DNA from: Alphaproteobacteria bacterium
GTDB taxonomy: Bacteria > Pseudomonadota > Alphaproteobacteria > JAEUKQ01
Direction of reading: 5' to 3'
Length of the DNA: 64,000 nt
NCBI GenBank assembly: GCA_044227605.1
Contig: JBGAWJ010000001.1
Location: 4,404-68,403, forward strand
Of the stretch, positions 1 through 10,145 are shown piece by piece; position 1 is the first letter of the stretch; every line of letters begins with the position of its first letter. The position numbers were made by a program, and so were the translations under genes. Under the pieces are notes generated by a model. That model was given only the letters and a program-made list of their open reading frames with translations. It made no database searches and was not told where the DNA came from.

Positions 1-48
1 TAAAATCCTTCTGTGACATTTTTTTAACTTCAAATCTTTTGGTCAATC

Positions 49-825
49 ATGGCAAAACTATCTGTATCTGCCCCTGTGATCGGAATTCCGGCCTGCATTA
101 AGGAGCTTGAACTAACCCCTTTTCATGCCGTTAACCAAAAATACATTATGGCGGTTATTCAGGGACTGGATGCCATTCCCATAATCATTCCGGCCATGGG
201 CGATGTTTTGCATTTTGATGGATTGTTAACCAAAGTTGACGGATTGCTTTTCCCCGGCAGTATTTCCAATATCCAACCCCACCATTATAAAGGGAATGCA
301 GACAGGCCAGATAGCCCGCAAGATCCCGCCCGTGATTCGACCACCCTTCCTTTGCTACGGGCAGCCATCAACCAAGCCAAGCCCTTCTTATGTATTTGCC
401 GGGGTATGCAAGAACTGAACGTTTCGTTGGGGGGTAGTTTATATCAACAAATTCACCAGGTCAGCGGCAAAATGGACCACCGGGAGGTAGGCGCGACTAC
501 CAAAGAAAAATATATGCCGCGCCATCCCATCCATATTCAAGAGCATAGTATACTGTCTAAAATTTATGCCCAACCTACAGCGAAAGTAAATTCGCTGCAT
601 TGGCAGGGGATTAATCAGTTGGCAGCAGCCTTGCAGATTGAGGCCACCGCCCCAGATGGCATTATTGAAGCAGTATCGGTTAAAAATGCCGCAACCTTCA
701 TGATGGGGGTACAATGGCATCCCGAATATGATCTGGATGACCCCTTATCAAAAGCGATTTTCCAAGCTTTTAAAGCAGCGATCAAGCCAACAGATTCCAA
801 AATGACCAAGGGGAAGGCTGCTTAA
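49..825 (+). CDS. Class I glutamine amidotransferase / gamma-glutamyl-GABA hydrolase family (peptidase C26)
   Basis: The 258-aa ORF carries a catalytic Cys motif LCICRGMQ and a C-terminal GVQWHPE(Y) His motif. Both are typical of the PuuD/C26 family. Confidence 0.7.
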   Translation: MAKLSVSAPVIGIPACIKELELTPFHAVNQKYIMAVIQGLDAIPIIIPAMGDVLHFDGLLTKVDGLLFPGSISNIQPHHYKGNADRPDSPQDPARDSTTLPLLRAAINQAKPFLCICRGMQELNVSLGGSLYQQIHQVSGKMDHREVGATTKEKYMPRHPIHIQEHSILSKIYAQPTAKVNSLHWQGINQLAAALQIEATAPDGIIEAVSVKNAATFMMGVQWHPEYDLDDPLSKAIFQAFKAAIKPTDSKMTKGKAA

Positions 826-843
826 AATACTTGACTTGGTCAG

Positions 844-1680
844 GTGTGTGAGAAAAGAATTTCCACCATTTCAGAAAGTCCCTTGGCCGTGCGAATTACC
901 ACATGGAATGTCAACTCTGTCCGTTTGCGCCTGCCCTTGTTGGCTGCCTATATCCAGCAATCCCAGCCTGATGTCATCTGCCTGCAAGAAACCAAAGTCG
1001 TTGACCAGGCTTTTCCCCAAGAATTTTTCCGGCAACACGGCTATTGCCACCAATTGGTTTCCGGTATGAAAAGTTATAATGGCATGGCCGTCTTATCAAA
1101 AATTCCCTTCCATCCTTATCTTAAAAGATCGTGGTGCGATTTAGAAGATTGCCGACATATTTCGGTAACGCTTGAAAATAATAGGATTATTCATAATTTT
1201 TATGTTCCCGCAGGCGGCGATATTCCCGATTCGGCGGTCAATAAAAAATTTGCCCATAAATTGCAGTTCGTCCAGGAAATGGCCGCTTTTCTTAAAACCA
1301 CCCACCTGCCCAGTGACCCAGTGATTATTTTAGGGGATTTTAATATTGCCCCCTTGCCCCAGGATGTATGGTCCCATCAACAGCTGCTAGGGGTCGTCAG
1401 CCATACTCCCATAGAAACCAATCATCTGGAGAAAGTCCGGGATTCCCTTGCTTGGGTTGATGCCGTTCGCCAGTTTTTTCCAGCTGACCAGAAATTATAT
1501 AGTTGGTGGAGCTACCGGGCGGCTGATTGGCAAAAAAGCAACCGCGGGCGCCGGTTGGATCATATTTGGGTGACCCCGTCTTTAAAGCCTTATCTCCACC
1601 ATGCGGAAATTATTACCCACGCCCGAGGGTGGGCCATTCCTTCCGACCATGTACCCGTCCATATTGATTTGGGGAATTGA
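844..1680 (+). CDS. xth: Exodeoxyribonuclease III (AP endonuclease)
   Basis: The N-terminal ITTWNVNSVRLRL is the canonical ExoIII start, and the C-terminus has the SDHVPV motif. The true start may be the in-frame GTG at 889 rather than the ATG at 844. Confidence 0.85.
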   Translation: MCEKRISTISESPLAVRITTWNVNSVRLRLPLLAAYIQQSQPDVICLQETKVVDQAFPQEFFRQHGYCHQLVSGMKSYNGMAVLSKIPFHPYLKRSWCDLEDCRHISVTLENNRIIHNFYVPAGGDIPDSAVNKKFAHKLQFVQEMAAFLKTTHLPSDPVIILGDFNIAPLPQDVWSHQQLLGVVSHTPIETNHLEKVRDSLAWVDAVRQFFPADQKLYSWWSYRAADWQKSNRGRRLDHIWVTPSLKPYLHHAEIITHARGWAIPSDHVPVHIDLGN

Positions 1681-1690
1681 AGTTGGCTAT

Positions 1691-2386
1691 TTATGCCGCA
1701 TCATAGATAAGTTTGTATTTCCGAGACATTCTATCCATCGCCACATGCAGGGGAACCCCCCCTTGCAGTTTTTGCCTTAGCCTGTAAATGTGGCTTTCCA
1801 CCGTTCGGGTTTCCATATCATGGGCATAACCCCAAATTTCTTTTAGTAAATCCTTACGGTTCAACCCTTCCGGCCGACGATGCAATGCTTTTAAAATGGC
1901 GATTTCTTTTTCTGTTAAATAGACTTTTTGATTGTTTTTTTTACAAAATATATATTGCTGCAAAGGATCAAAAAGATAGAGAGCTGTCTCAATTGGTTTC
2001 CATTCATTATTTTGCAACAGCAACTGTAAATACTCAACCAACTGCTGCAGGCGCAATGGTTTCTGCAACCATTTGATCCCGCCTTGACGATATTCAGCCT
2101 GCCTACCCGTGGTCGCACTGAGGGTAAGGAGTGGGTGATCGGGGCTGGCATGTCTAAAATTTGCCAAAAAATCATCCATAACCCCTGGATCGAAGCCATC
2201 CAGATCCAAAACAATGACCGGATGATGCGGAGGTGGTGGGTATATATCAGATAACTGTTGCGTATAATCAACAGCCATTCCTAATTTATTGGCTAAATCA
2301 GTTTTTAATAATTGGGTTAAAAAAGCATCCTGGCTCACCACAATGATTTGAGCAGGGGTAACTTTGTTATTTTTTACATGGCCCAA
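1691..2386 (-). CDS. OmpR-family response regulator (receiver plus winged helix), no cognate kinase adjacent
   Basis: The receiver region contains the LDLDG phospho-acceptor, a T/S patch and a KP motif. The C-terminal winged helix (EIWGY...RTVESHIYRLRQKL) is OmpR/PhoB-like. The acid pocket reads QD rather than DD. Confidence 0.7.
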   Translation of the reverse strand: MGHVKNNKVTPAQIIVVSQDAFLTQLLKTDLANKLGMAVDYTQQLSDIYPPPPHHPVIVLDLDGFDPGVMDDFLANFRHASPDHPLLTLSATTGRQAEYRQGGIKWLQKPLRLQQLVEYLQLLLQNNEWKPIETALYLFDPLQQYIFCKKNNQKVYLTEKEIAILKALHRRPEGLNRKDLLKEIWGYAHDMETRTVESHIYRLRQKLQGGVPLHVAMDRMSRKYKLIYDAA

Positions 2387-2506
2387 GTTTTTTTCCTTTT
2401 GCTCCCTGCAGTTAATTTTTCTTAACCATTCTCATTGTAATATGTCATATATTATAAAAGTGATTATGAAACAGTGCCAACATTTTCTTTTAAACGATAA
2501 GAACCC

Positions 2507-3622
2507 ATGACTGCGCAAGAACCACGGCCCTACATCTCAGCCTCTGCCCTAACCTATCGTTGCATCAGCGAAATAAAGCGGGGCAATCCTGTTATTTTGC
2601 AGCATTCAGGGGCCGCTTGCTTTTTTATAGCTTTAGACACCTTGTCCGCCGCCGGATGGCGCCCCTTATCAGCCCAATTTCCCTCGGATTGGCGTTTAGT
2701 CCTTAGCCAGCACCGGTTATCCAGCCTGCAACAACAACCGCTTCCCCCTCATCCGTCTAACCAGGCCGTCGTCGTACCTTTACCAACCTGTTCTTATCAA
2801 CAGCTCCGTCAATTATTATCGCTGGATGCTTTACCAACAACCGCTTGCATCTCGCCTAACATTCTTCCTGTGGATATAGCCGAGAAAACCGCTATTTCTT
2901 TGTTAAGGCAAGCTGGGTTAATGCCCATGGGAATCAGCCAATTTTTGCTGGCCGAATCGCTTCCTTTTTATACAGGGAAGTATCATATCCTTTCCTTCAG
3001 TCTGGATCAATTGCAACCCATAGGCTCATCCGACAAAGAAGTGGATTTTGTGGTGGAAACCCCGCTGCCCCTGGCTGCTGCCCAAGAAAGCCGCATTATT
3101 TTATTTAGGGAAAAGGGTGCTGAAACGGAACATATGGCCGTCATTATCGGCAATCCCGATTTCACCCAACCCACGCTTACCCGGATTCATTCATCCTGTC
3201 TAACGGGGGATGTGCTTGGCAGTTTACGCTGTGATTGCGGGTCACAACTGCAACAATCAATTGAATATATGGCAAAACACGGGGGCGGGGTTTTAATTTA
3301 TTTATTACAAGAAGGCCGCAATATAGGTTTGGCCAACAAACTACGCTCCTATCATTTGCAGAACCAAGGCTTGGATACGTTGGCAGCCAATTGGCATTTA
3401 GGGTTTTCGGCGGATGAACGCTCTTTTGAGCTAGCCACCATTTTGCTGAAACATTTGGGGATTTCATCCATCCAACTACTATCCAACAACCCCTTGAAAT
3501 CACAGACCCTGCAAGCAGGCGGGATAAAAATTGACCGGATGGTGCCGATGCTGGGAGACCGCAATCCTTTTAACCAGGATTATTTAAAAACAAAAAAACA
3601 AAAATTAGGACATCATTTGTAA
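2507..3622 (+). CDS. ribA: GTP cyclohydrolase II with a roughly 170-aa N-terminal extension of unknown function
   Basis: The C-terminal 200 aa contain RIHSSCLTGDVLGSLRCDCGSQL (a zinc-binding Cys triad) and the RNIGLANKL...LLSNNP motifs of RibA. The N-terminal part lacks recognisable RibB (DHBP synthase) motifs. Confidence 0.8.
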   Translation: MTAQEPRPYISASALTYRCISEIKRGNPVILQHSGAACFFIALDTLSAAGWRPLSAQFPSDWRLVLSQHRLSSLQQQPLPPHPSNQAVVVPLPTCSYQQLRQLLSLDALPTTACISPNILPVDIAEKTAISLLRQAGLMPMGISQFLLAESLPFYTGKYHILSFSLDQLQPIGSSDKEVDFVVETPLPLAAAQESRIILFREKGAETEHMAVIIGNPDFTQPTLTRIHSSCLTGDVLGSLRCDCGSQLQQSIEYMAKHGGGVLIYLLQEGRNIGLANKLRSYHLQNQGLDTLAANWHLGFSADERSFELATILLKHLGISSIQLLSNNPLKSQTLQAGGIKIDRMVPMLGDRNPFNQDYLKTKKQKLGHHL

Positions 3623-3723
3623 TAGATGCAGATGCTTGACATTATTTTTCTTAAACATGTACCCATAAAAAACGGGGGGGATTTTATTTCTTAGCGCCGA
3701 TTTTGGTGGTTTATCATCCCGAG

Positions 3724-4410
3724 TTATTTGGGGGGACGGGGGCCAAAAATTTTTGTCCCCAACCTTAATTGGGTGGAACCTAAGCGAATCGCGATGGGGT
3801 AATCTTGGCTCATCCCCATACTTAGTTCTTTTAAGCCGCAGCGCTGGGCTAAGCTATATAACAGGCTAAAATGTGGGGCAGGATGTTGATCTGCGGGCGG
3901 GATGGTCATTAATCCTTTCACTTTTAATCCTAAATTTTGGCAGAAAACAACCAATTCTTGGGTTTTTTGTGGCGGAATCCCGCTTTTTTGACCTTCACTT
4001 CCGGTATTCACTTGTACAAAATATTCTTTATGCAGGGATTGTTTCTGTTGTTCTTTGGCTAGCATTTCTGCCAATTTTGGCCGGTCTACACTTTCAATCA
4101 CATCAAACAGGGATAAAGCGGCGGCAACCTTATTGGTTTGTAAAGGGCCAATGAGGTGCAGCCGCAATTTAGGATAGGACGAACGCAAAGTGGGCCATTT
4201 CCCTAAAGCTTCCTGCACATAATTTTCCCCAAATAAATGATGCCCCGCTTCCACTAAGCTCTTGATTATCTCCGCTGGCTGTTGTTTGCCAACCACCAAT
4301 ATTTCGCACGAATCAGCTGAACGACTTGCTTGTATCAATAAGGAATGAATTTCTTGTTGGATTTTTTGGTATGTATCAATCAAGCTATTTGGCATGGCCT
4401 GCTTCATCAT
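3724..4410 (-). CDS. yggS: YggS-family pyridoxal-phosphate homeostasis protein
   Basis: The 228-aa ORF has HLFGENYVQE and other conserved YggS / alanine-racemase N-terminal fold motifs. Confidence 0.85.
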   Translation of the reverse strand: MMKQAMPNSLIDTYQKIQQEIHSLLIQASRSADSCEILVVGKQQPAEIIKSLVEAGHHLFGENYVQEALGKWPTLRSSYPKLRLHLIGPLQTNKVAAALSLFDVIESVDRPKLAEMLAKEQQKQSLHKEYFVQVNTGSEGQKSGIPPQKTQELVVFCQNLGLKVKGLMTIPPADQHPAPHFSLLYSLAQRCGLKELSMGMSQDYPIAIRLGSTQLRLGTKIFGPRPPK

Positions 4411-4461
4411 TCAAAATGTTGGGATAAAAAAAACCTACCTGAAGCCCGTTACCAATAAAAA

Positions 4462-4490
4462 AGAGGGGACAAACCCTGCCCCCTCTTTTC
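4462..4490 (-). terminator. Rho-independent terminator downstream of the porin gene (hairpin AGAGGGG/CCCCTCT flanked by A and T runs)
   Basis: The sequence aaaaAGAGGGGacaaaccctgCCCCCTCTttt read on the minus strand gives a stem followed by TTTTTTATT. It lies 20 to 45 nt after the porin stop codon. Confidence 0.5.
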
Positions 4491-4508
4491 ATCCTAACGA
4501 TATCAAAA

Positions 4509-5618
4509 CTAGAAGCCGATCGTCATACCAAATTGGAAGGTATATGACTTATAGTTATCATTTCCAGCAATCTTTGCCTTATAAACATCATGGGTAACCG
4601 CGCCATCTAAAGTCACGCCAGTCCCTAAAGCATAGGAAGTGGTGATCATATAAACGTCATGGGTATCCTTCTTGGAGACGCCGTCCAAATCATACCAACC
4701 GCGCAGCCAAGTAAAGCCGAACGTGAACGCGTCCATTTTCCATGTACCTGTTAAACCAAAGGTTTTGCTGTCCAAAGTATGGGTATCACCCAAGTTAAAG
4801 CCTTGTTGATAGCCCATGCCCAAGCTTAAATTACCGAAGGTAACCGCCCCACCAAACTGGTAGTAGCTGGCTTTCCCGCTGCCTGTGTTGGTTTCCGGAT
4901 CAAATGCTTTTTCCCAACCGGCATAGGCGCTAACACCAAAGCTGCCGATGGTCACATCATAGGTGGCCCCTAATGACCATTCTCTCGAATCACCAGCATT
5001 GTTAGCATTAAGACCGCCTGCTGAACCATCCGGGAAGTTACTGCCCTGATCTTCCGTATCATCAATCATGTAAGAGGTGGCCACACGGAACCCGCCGAAC
5101 GATGGCGAGAAATAGGCAATCTTGGTTCCCTTATCGTTAATGCTATTGCAAACGTCTGTTGAGTCGCTATTAACTAATTGGTTACCATCTCTCCCCAAAT
5201 TGCTGAAATTCATGGTACCGGCAACGGGGAAGGCATTGGAAGCTGTGCTTAACCCACCGCACAATAACCCAGCAGCGCTGCCAAAGTTACCAATACGGAC
5301 TTCGCCCAAACCGCTCTTTAAATAAGCATAGGTGGCATCGATCTGGTCGCTATGTGTTTGGCCTTCCAACTCAAATTTAACGCCAGCTGTGATCCCGATA
5401 TCCATCGTGAATTCGCCGCTGAAATGAACTTCGGTATTTTGCTTTAAATTGGCGTTGCGACGGCCATCACCTTCGCTATATTTACTATCAGCGGTAAAAC
5501 CGAGGGCCGCATGATAAAAACCAGAAATACCCAATTTTAACGGCTCACCTGCATTAGCAGCCGAGAAGGAAGCCACACTCATCAGCAATGTGCTACCCAA
5601 AAGAATTTTTTTCATCAT
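4509..5618 (-). CDS. Outer-membrane beta-barrel porin (alphaproteobacterial Porin_2 type)
   Basis: The N-terminus has a signal peptide MMKKILLGSTLLMSVASFSAANA. The protein is Gly/Thr/Tyr-rich with alternating amphipathic strands and ends in a C-terminal Phe (TIGF). Confidence 0.75.
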   Translation of the reverse strand: MMKKILLGSTLLMSVASFSAANAGEPLKLGISGFYHAALGFTADSKYSEGDGRRNANLKQNTEVHFSGEFTMDIGITAGVKFELEGQTHSDQIDATYAYLKSGLGEVRIGNFGSAAGLLCGGLSTASNAFPVAGTMNFSNLGRDGNQLVNSDSTDVCNSINDKGTKIAYFSPSFGGFRVATSYMIDDTEDQGSNFPDGSAGGLNANNAGDSREWSLGATYDVTIGSFGVSAYAGWEKAFDPETNTGSGKASYYQFGGAVTFGNLSLGMGYQQGFNLGDTHTLDSKTFGLTGTWKMDAFTFGFTWLRGWYDLDGVSKKDTHDVYMITTSYALGTGVTLDGAVTHDVYKAKIAGNDNYKSYTFQFGMTIGF

Positions 5619-6326
5619 CTTTGGTTTCCCAAGTTAAGAGTTAATTGATTTTAAAAATTTTACCTGAAAAAGTTTTCCCCGGAAGAAAAACGGTATCCCT
5701 GCAAAATTTCCAACAAAAACACAAAGATATATAAATTCTGAAGCCCAGGATGTCGTCTTATTTGTTATATTCCTATTTGCTGATACCAAGCATTTTAGAA
5801 TAAAACGTTAGATATTTCGTGCAAACCCCTGAACAATAAGAAAAGATTGTATCTTTAATGCTTCACAATTTGCTATCCTATCCAGGTAATTGGCAGGGTC
5901 AAGCGTATTTTATGCTGAATCCCACCCGATTATAAGATTTTCTCCCTGCTGTTGCAGTTGTGCAACATTGGCGGATCAATATCTAGTGATTTAGTGATTA
6001 TCAGGGGAAAAAGCTTCCTATTTTTTTCATCATGGCCCGCTAACCAACTGATGATTATTTCATGACAGCCTGGTTACGGGTGTGGCCTTAAGGTTTTTTC
6101 CTGCCCCTGCCGCCATGATCTTGATAAGGTGCCACCGAACCTTATGACACTTATATGGGGCCACCTGGCCAATAAAGGGCGGCAACGCCTAAATTATACC
6201 GGAAAGCTGACCCAATCGGCCGGTTTATTTTGTAAAGGGGTTGATATGTTTCGTAAAAAAATGCTACCACTTCCTATATAATTGTGTATTGTTGCCCTAT
6301 AATATGATTATTTTCAGGAGTATCCG

Positions 6327-6911
6327 ATGTTGACCACCCCTTCTGTCCCGAAAAAGCTTGGCTTAAACACCTCTTTTTCATACCGTGTCTGCACGAAACT
6401 TTTGCTGATTTCTTTCGCCGGTTTTATCCTGGCCAATTGTTCTGCTGGGGATCCCAATGATCCTGGTATCCAAGGGGCGACGGGGGCTGAGCAGCGGCGC
6501 ATCCGCAACGGCGGCAATCAAACGGTTTGGGGCGATGGCGGCTTGAACTTATTTGGCAAAAACGATAAGGGGCCGGTCGTGGTTGAAGGGGTTGGGGTCA
6601 ACAGTTTCCTGTGGCGCGCCTCCCTGGATGCTATTTCCTTTATGCCGCTGGTTTCTGCTGATCCCTTTGGCGGTGTTATTATTACCGATTGGTATAGCAG
6701 CCCCGAGATCCCCAATGAGCGGTTTAAGGTGAATGTGCGGATTTTAACCCGTGATCTGCGGGCAGATGGGATTAGCATTTCCTTATTCCGCCAAACCCGG
6801 ACAAATGCTAATGCCGCATGGGCAGATGCCGTTACCAGCAAAAAGGCTATCCGCGATTTAGAAGATGCGGTTTTGGCACGCGCCCGCGAATTACGAATCG
6901 GCGCCCGTTAA
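6327..6911 (+). CDS. DUF3576-type lipoprotein, syntenic partner upstream of leuS
   Basis: The lipobox LANCS follows a hydrophobic N-terminus. From memory, a DUF3576 protein sits upstream of leuS in many alphaproteobacteria; I could not confirm this by search. Confidence 0.55.
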   Translation: MLTTPSVPKKLGLNTSFSYRVCTKLLLISFAGFILANCSAGDPNDPGIQGATGAEQRRIRNGGNQTVWGDGGLNLFGKNDKGPVVVEGVGVNSFLWRASLDAISFMPLVSADPFGGVIITDWYSSPEIPNERFKVNVRILTRDLRADGISISLFRQTRTNANAAWADAVTSKKAIRDLEDAVLARARELRIGAR

Positions 6912-7092
6912 TTACGTTGCCCGAAAAAGGGTCAGGGTTTTGATTAATCCCCCCCCTTATATTTAAGGCACGGCTTGAATATAATGCTAGGGGCAAGGAT
7001 ATAGGGAACTATGAAAGGGTTGGGTGAATTGGCCTTTTGGACCAGAGGGATTCATAGCGATAGAATGGTTTTATTTGAGAGCGATGGGGCAA

Positions 7093-9627
7093 ATGTCTCG
7101 ATATAATTTCAAGGAAGTTGAACATAAATGGCAAAAACGATGGGAAAGTAAGCGAACTTACCATTGCAACCCAGATGCTTCCCAACCAAAATATTATGTT
7201 CTTGGCATGTTCCCATACCCTTCCGGGCGGATCCATATGGGCCATGTCCGCAATTATATGATTACCGATGTCATTGCCCGTTATAAAAGGGCCTGTGGCT
7301 ATAATGTGTTACATCCCATGGGATGGGACGCTTTTGGCTTGCCCGCGGAAAATGCCGCGATCCAACATAATATTCACCCAGCCCGTTGGACTTATGAAAA
7401 TATTGCCTTAATGCAGGAGCAATTGAAATCGCTGGGATTTTCTTTCGATTGGTCCCGGGAATTAGTCACTTGCCATCCTGACTATTACCGGCATGAGCAA
7501 AAAATGTTTTTGGATTTGTGGGAAAAAGGGCTGGTTTACCGGAAACAATCGGTTGTTAATTGGGATCCCACCGATCAGACGGTTTTAGCGAATGAGCAGG
7601 TGATTGATGGCCGCGGATGGCGTTCCGGGGCGTTAGTTGAAAAACGGTATTTGTGGCAATGGTTCTTTAAAATCACCCATTATACCCAAGAACTTTTGGA
7701 AGGCCTGGATACCTTAGCCGAATGGCCGGAAAAAGTGCGCACGATGCAGCAAAACTGGATCGGTTTATCGCATGGGGCGCTGGTGCAGTTTGCCCTGTGG
7801 CGGCGGCTGGACGTGATTGATGTCTTTACCACTCGCCCCGATACTTTATTTGGCGCTGCCTTTTGTGCCATCTCCGCGAATCACCCCTTAGCGCTTGAGT
7901 TGGCTAAAAGCAACCGTAAGATTGCCGCCTTTTTGGAAGAATGTGCAAAATCTGCGGTGAATGAAGCAACGTTAGAAAAAATGCCTAAAAAAGGTATTGA
8001 TACAGGTTTAAAGGCTATTCATCCCTTGGATCCCCGCATTGAATTACCGGTTTTCATTGCCAATTTTGTCTATATGGATTACGGCACCGGTGCCATTTTT
8101 GGCTGTCCGGCACATGACCAGCGGGATTTGGAATTTGCCAGGCAATATCAATTACCGGTAAAACCCGTTGTTATCCCTGCCTCACATCAAGCGAACAATT
8201 TTCAAATTCAAGATATTGCTTATACAGAAGATGGCATTTTGCAGCATTCTGATTTCCTAAATGGATTGACAGTGGCAGATGCCCAAAAAAAAGTGATTGA
8301 AAGACTAACCCAAATTGGCAAGGGGAAAGCCCTTGATGCTTTCCGGCTGCGTGATTGGGGGGTATCGCGTCAACGGTATTGGGGCTGCCCTATCCCGGTT
8401 ATCCATTGCCCTGATTGCGGTGCAGTGCCGATGGCTTTGGAAGATTTGCCTTTAGTGTTGCCGGAAGATGTCAGTTTTGATCAGCCTGGCAACCCGCTTG
8501 ATCATCATCCCACTTGGAAATATGTGGATTGCCCGCGTTGCGGGAAGTCCGCGCAACGGGAAACCGATACCTTAGATACTTTTGTGGAGTCTTCCTGGTA
8601 TTTTGCTCGTTTTTGTTCCCCCCAATCCTCCGCTTCTTTTCAAGCCGCCGACGCCCGTTACTGGTTGCCGGTCGACCAATATGTGGGTGGCGTTGAACAT
8701 GCGGTCTTGCATTTATTATATGCGCGTTTTTTTACTCGGGCGTTGCGTGATTGCGGTTACTTAACGCTAGATGAGCCCTTCAAAGGTTTATTTACCCAAG
8801 GGATGGTTGTTCACGAAACCTACCGCCATCAACAGGGCCATTGGCTTTTCCCGGGTGAGGTAGAAAAAAAGCCAGGGGGCGAATATATATGCTCAGCAGA
8901 TCAAACACCGGTTACGGTGGGCCGGTCTGAAAAAATGAGCAAATCCAAAAAGAATGTGATCGACCCGACCCAAATCGTCGAGATGTATGGGGCAGATACG
9001 GCCCGTTGGTTTGTGTTATCCGATAGCCCTCCTGACCGTGATTTTGAATGGACAAATGCGGGTGCTGAAGGGGCTTGGCGTTTTATCCAGAAAATATGGC
9101 GGTTACTATCTTTAGTACCTAACCCATCCCCATCAGCTGAACCCATTTCATTATTCCGCCGGACAATCCATAAAACCATTGCTGGCGTCACCGCTGATAT
9201 TGAGGCTTTCCGCTTTAACCGGGCCATCGCGCGCTTGTATGAATTGGTAAATGCCTTCAGTGACAATATCACTAAAAGCGATTTGCAAGAAGGGTTAGAG
9301 ACATTGGCACAACTGATCCAACCTTTTATGCCCCATTTAGCTGAAGAACTGTGGCAGCAATTAGGCCACCGCCAATCCATCATGCAGCAACCCTGGCCAA
9401 AAGCTGACGCGACCCTTATCCAAGAAGAAACCCACGTGATTGCCATCCAGATCAATGGAAAAATGCGCGATACTGTCACGGTGCGCAAAGACATAGCAGA
9501 ACAAGGATTGAAGGAAAAAGCCCTTCTGCAACCCGCCATACAAAAATTTCTTGCCAATCGGCCGGTTAGAAAAATAATTGTTGTGCCGAATCGCTTAATT
9601 AATCTCATGGTTGATGACAACAAATGA
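7093..9627 (+). CDS. leuS: Leucine--tRNA ligase
   Basis: The HMGH ([13 protein letters not shown]) and KMSKS motifs are present, and LeuS similarity runs the full length. I moved the start to the ATG at 7093 ([14 protein letters not shown]), which matches canonical LeuS N-termini better than the track start at 7024. Confidence 0.95.
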   Translation: MSRYNFKEVEHKWQKRWESKRTYHCNPDASQPKYYVLGMFPYPSGRIHMGHVRNYMITDVIARYKRACGYNVLHPMGWDAFGLPAENAAIQHNIHPARWTYENIALMQEQLKSLGFSFDWSRELVTCHPDYYRHEQKMFLDLWEKGLVYRKQSVVNWDPTDQTVLANEQVIDGRGWRSGALVEKRYLWQWFFKITHYTQELLEGLDTLAEWPEKVRTMQQNWIGLSHGALVQFALWRRLDVIDVFTTRPDTLFGAAFCAISANHPLALELAKSNRKIAAFLEECAKSAVNEATLEKMPKKGIDTGLKAIHPLDPRIELPVFIANFVYMDYGTGAIFGCPAHDQRDLEFARQYQLPVKPVVIPASHQANNFQIQDIAYTEDGILQHSDFLNGLTVADAQKKVIERLTQIGKGKALDAFRLRDWGVSRQRYWGCPIPVIHCPDCGAVPMALEDLPLVLPEDVSFDQPGNPLDHHPTWKYVDCPRCGKSAQRETDTLDTFVESSWYFARFCSPQSSASFQAADARYWLPVDQYVGGVEHAVLHLLYARFFTRALRDCGYLTLDEPFKGLFTQGMVVHETYRHQQGHWLFPGEVEKKPGGEYICSADQTPVTVGRSEKMSKSKKNVIDPTQIVEMYGADTARWFVLSDSPPDRDFEWTNAGAEGAWRFIQKIWRLLSLVPNPSPSAEPISLFRRTIHKTIAGVTADIEAFRFNRAIARLYELVNAFSDNITKSDLQEGLETLAQLIQPFMPHLAEELWQQLGHRQSIMQQPWPKADATLIQEETHVIAIQINGKMRDTVTVRKDIAEQGLKEKALLQPAIQKFLANRPVRKIIVVPNRLINLMVDDNK

Positions 9628-10142
9628 AGATAGCACGCCCACCGCTGTCACGATTAATCTGTTTCTTGGTTATATCTTTTTTACTTTCTTCCTGCGGTTT
9701 CCGCCCGCTTTATGCCCCTGCCTTAAGCACCGGCAATACGGGCCTTTCCCTATATAATATTGTGGCTATCAAAGGGCTAAAGGATCGCTTGGGACAAGCG
9801 GTTTATACGGAATTATCCCATCAGTTATTATTGGTACCAGCCCCCTCCGACAACCGGTATATTTTATCCATTATATTAAATGAGGCCGAATCAGACCTGG
9901 CCTTGGATAGGCAAGGTCTGATTATTCGTAAGACATACAAGATAACGGCCACTTATCAATTGCAGCTGCAGGGCAGCGATCCTATTCTGCTCAAGGGGGT
10001 GGCCCAGTCAGACACTAATTTCAATTATGTCCTTTCCGGTTATGCAGCTTATATTGCTAAGGAAGAGGCCCAGTTACGCTTAGCGAAAGCACTTGCCTAT
10101 CAGATCCATCAACGCCTCAGCATTTTCCTAACTGCCTCCTAA
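9624..10142 (+). CDS. lptE: LPS-assembly lipoprotein LptE
   Basis: The lipobox [11 protein letters not shown] is present and the size is right. The position in the conserved leuS-lptE-holA operon also supports the call. The start overlaps the leuS stop by 4 nt. Confidence 0.75.
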   Translation: MKIARPPLSRLICFLVISFLLSSCGFRPLYAPALSTGNTGLSLYNIVAIKGLKDRLGQAVYTELSHQLLLVPAPSDNRYILSIILNEAESDLALDRQGLIIRKTYKITATYQLQLQGSDPILLKGVAQSDTNFNYVLSGYAAYIAKEEAQLRLAKALAYQIHQRLSIFLTAS

Positions 10143-10145
10143 TAT

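Noticed and set aside
5985-6000. Tandem TAGTGATT-TAGTGATT
   Set aside because: It is too short to be more than a trivial duplication, and no function can be supported.
8901-9623. 240-aa minus-strand ORF
   Set aside because: It is antisense to the leuS C-terminal half. It is Cys/Arg-rich shadow ORF noise.
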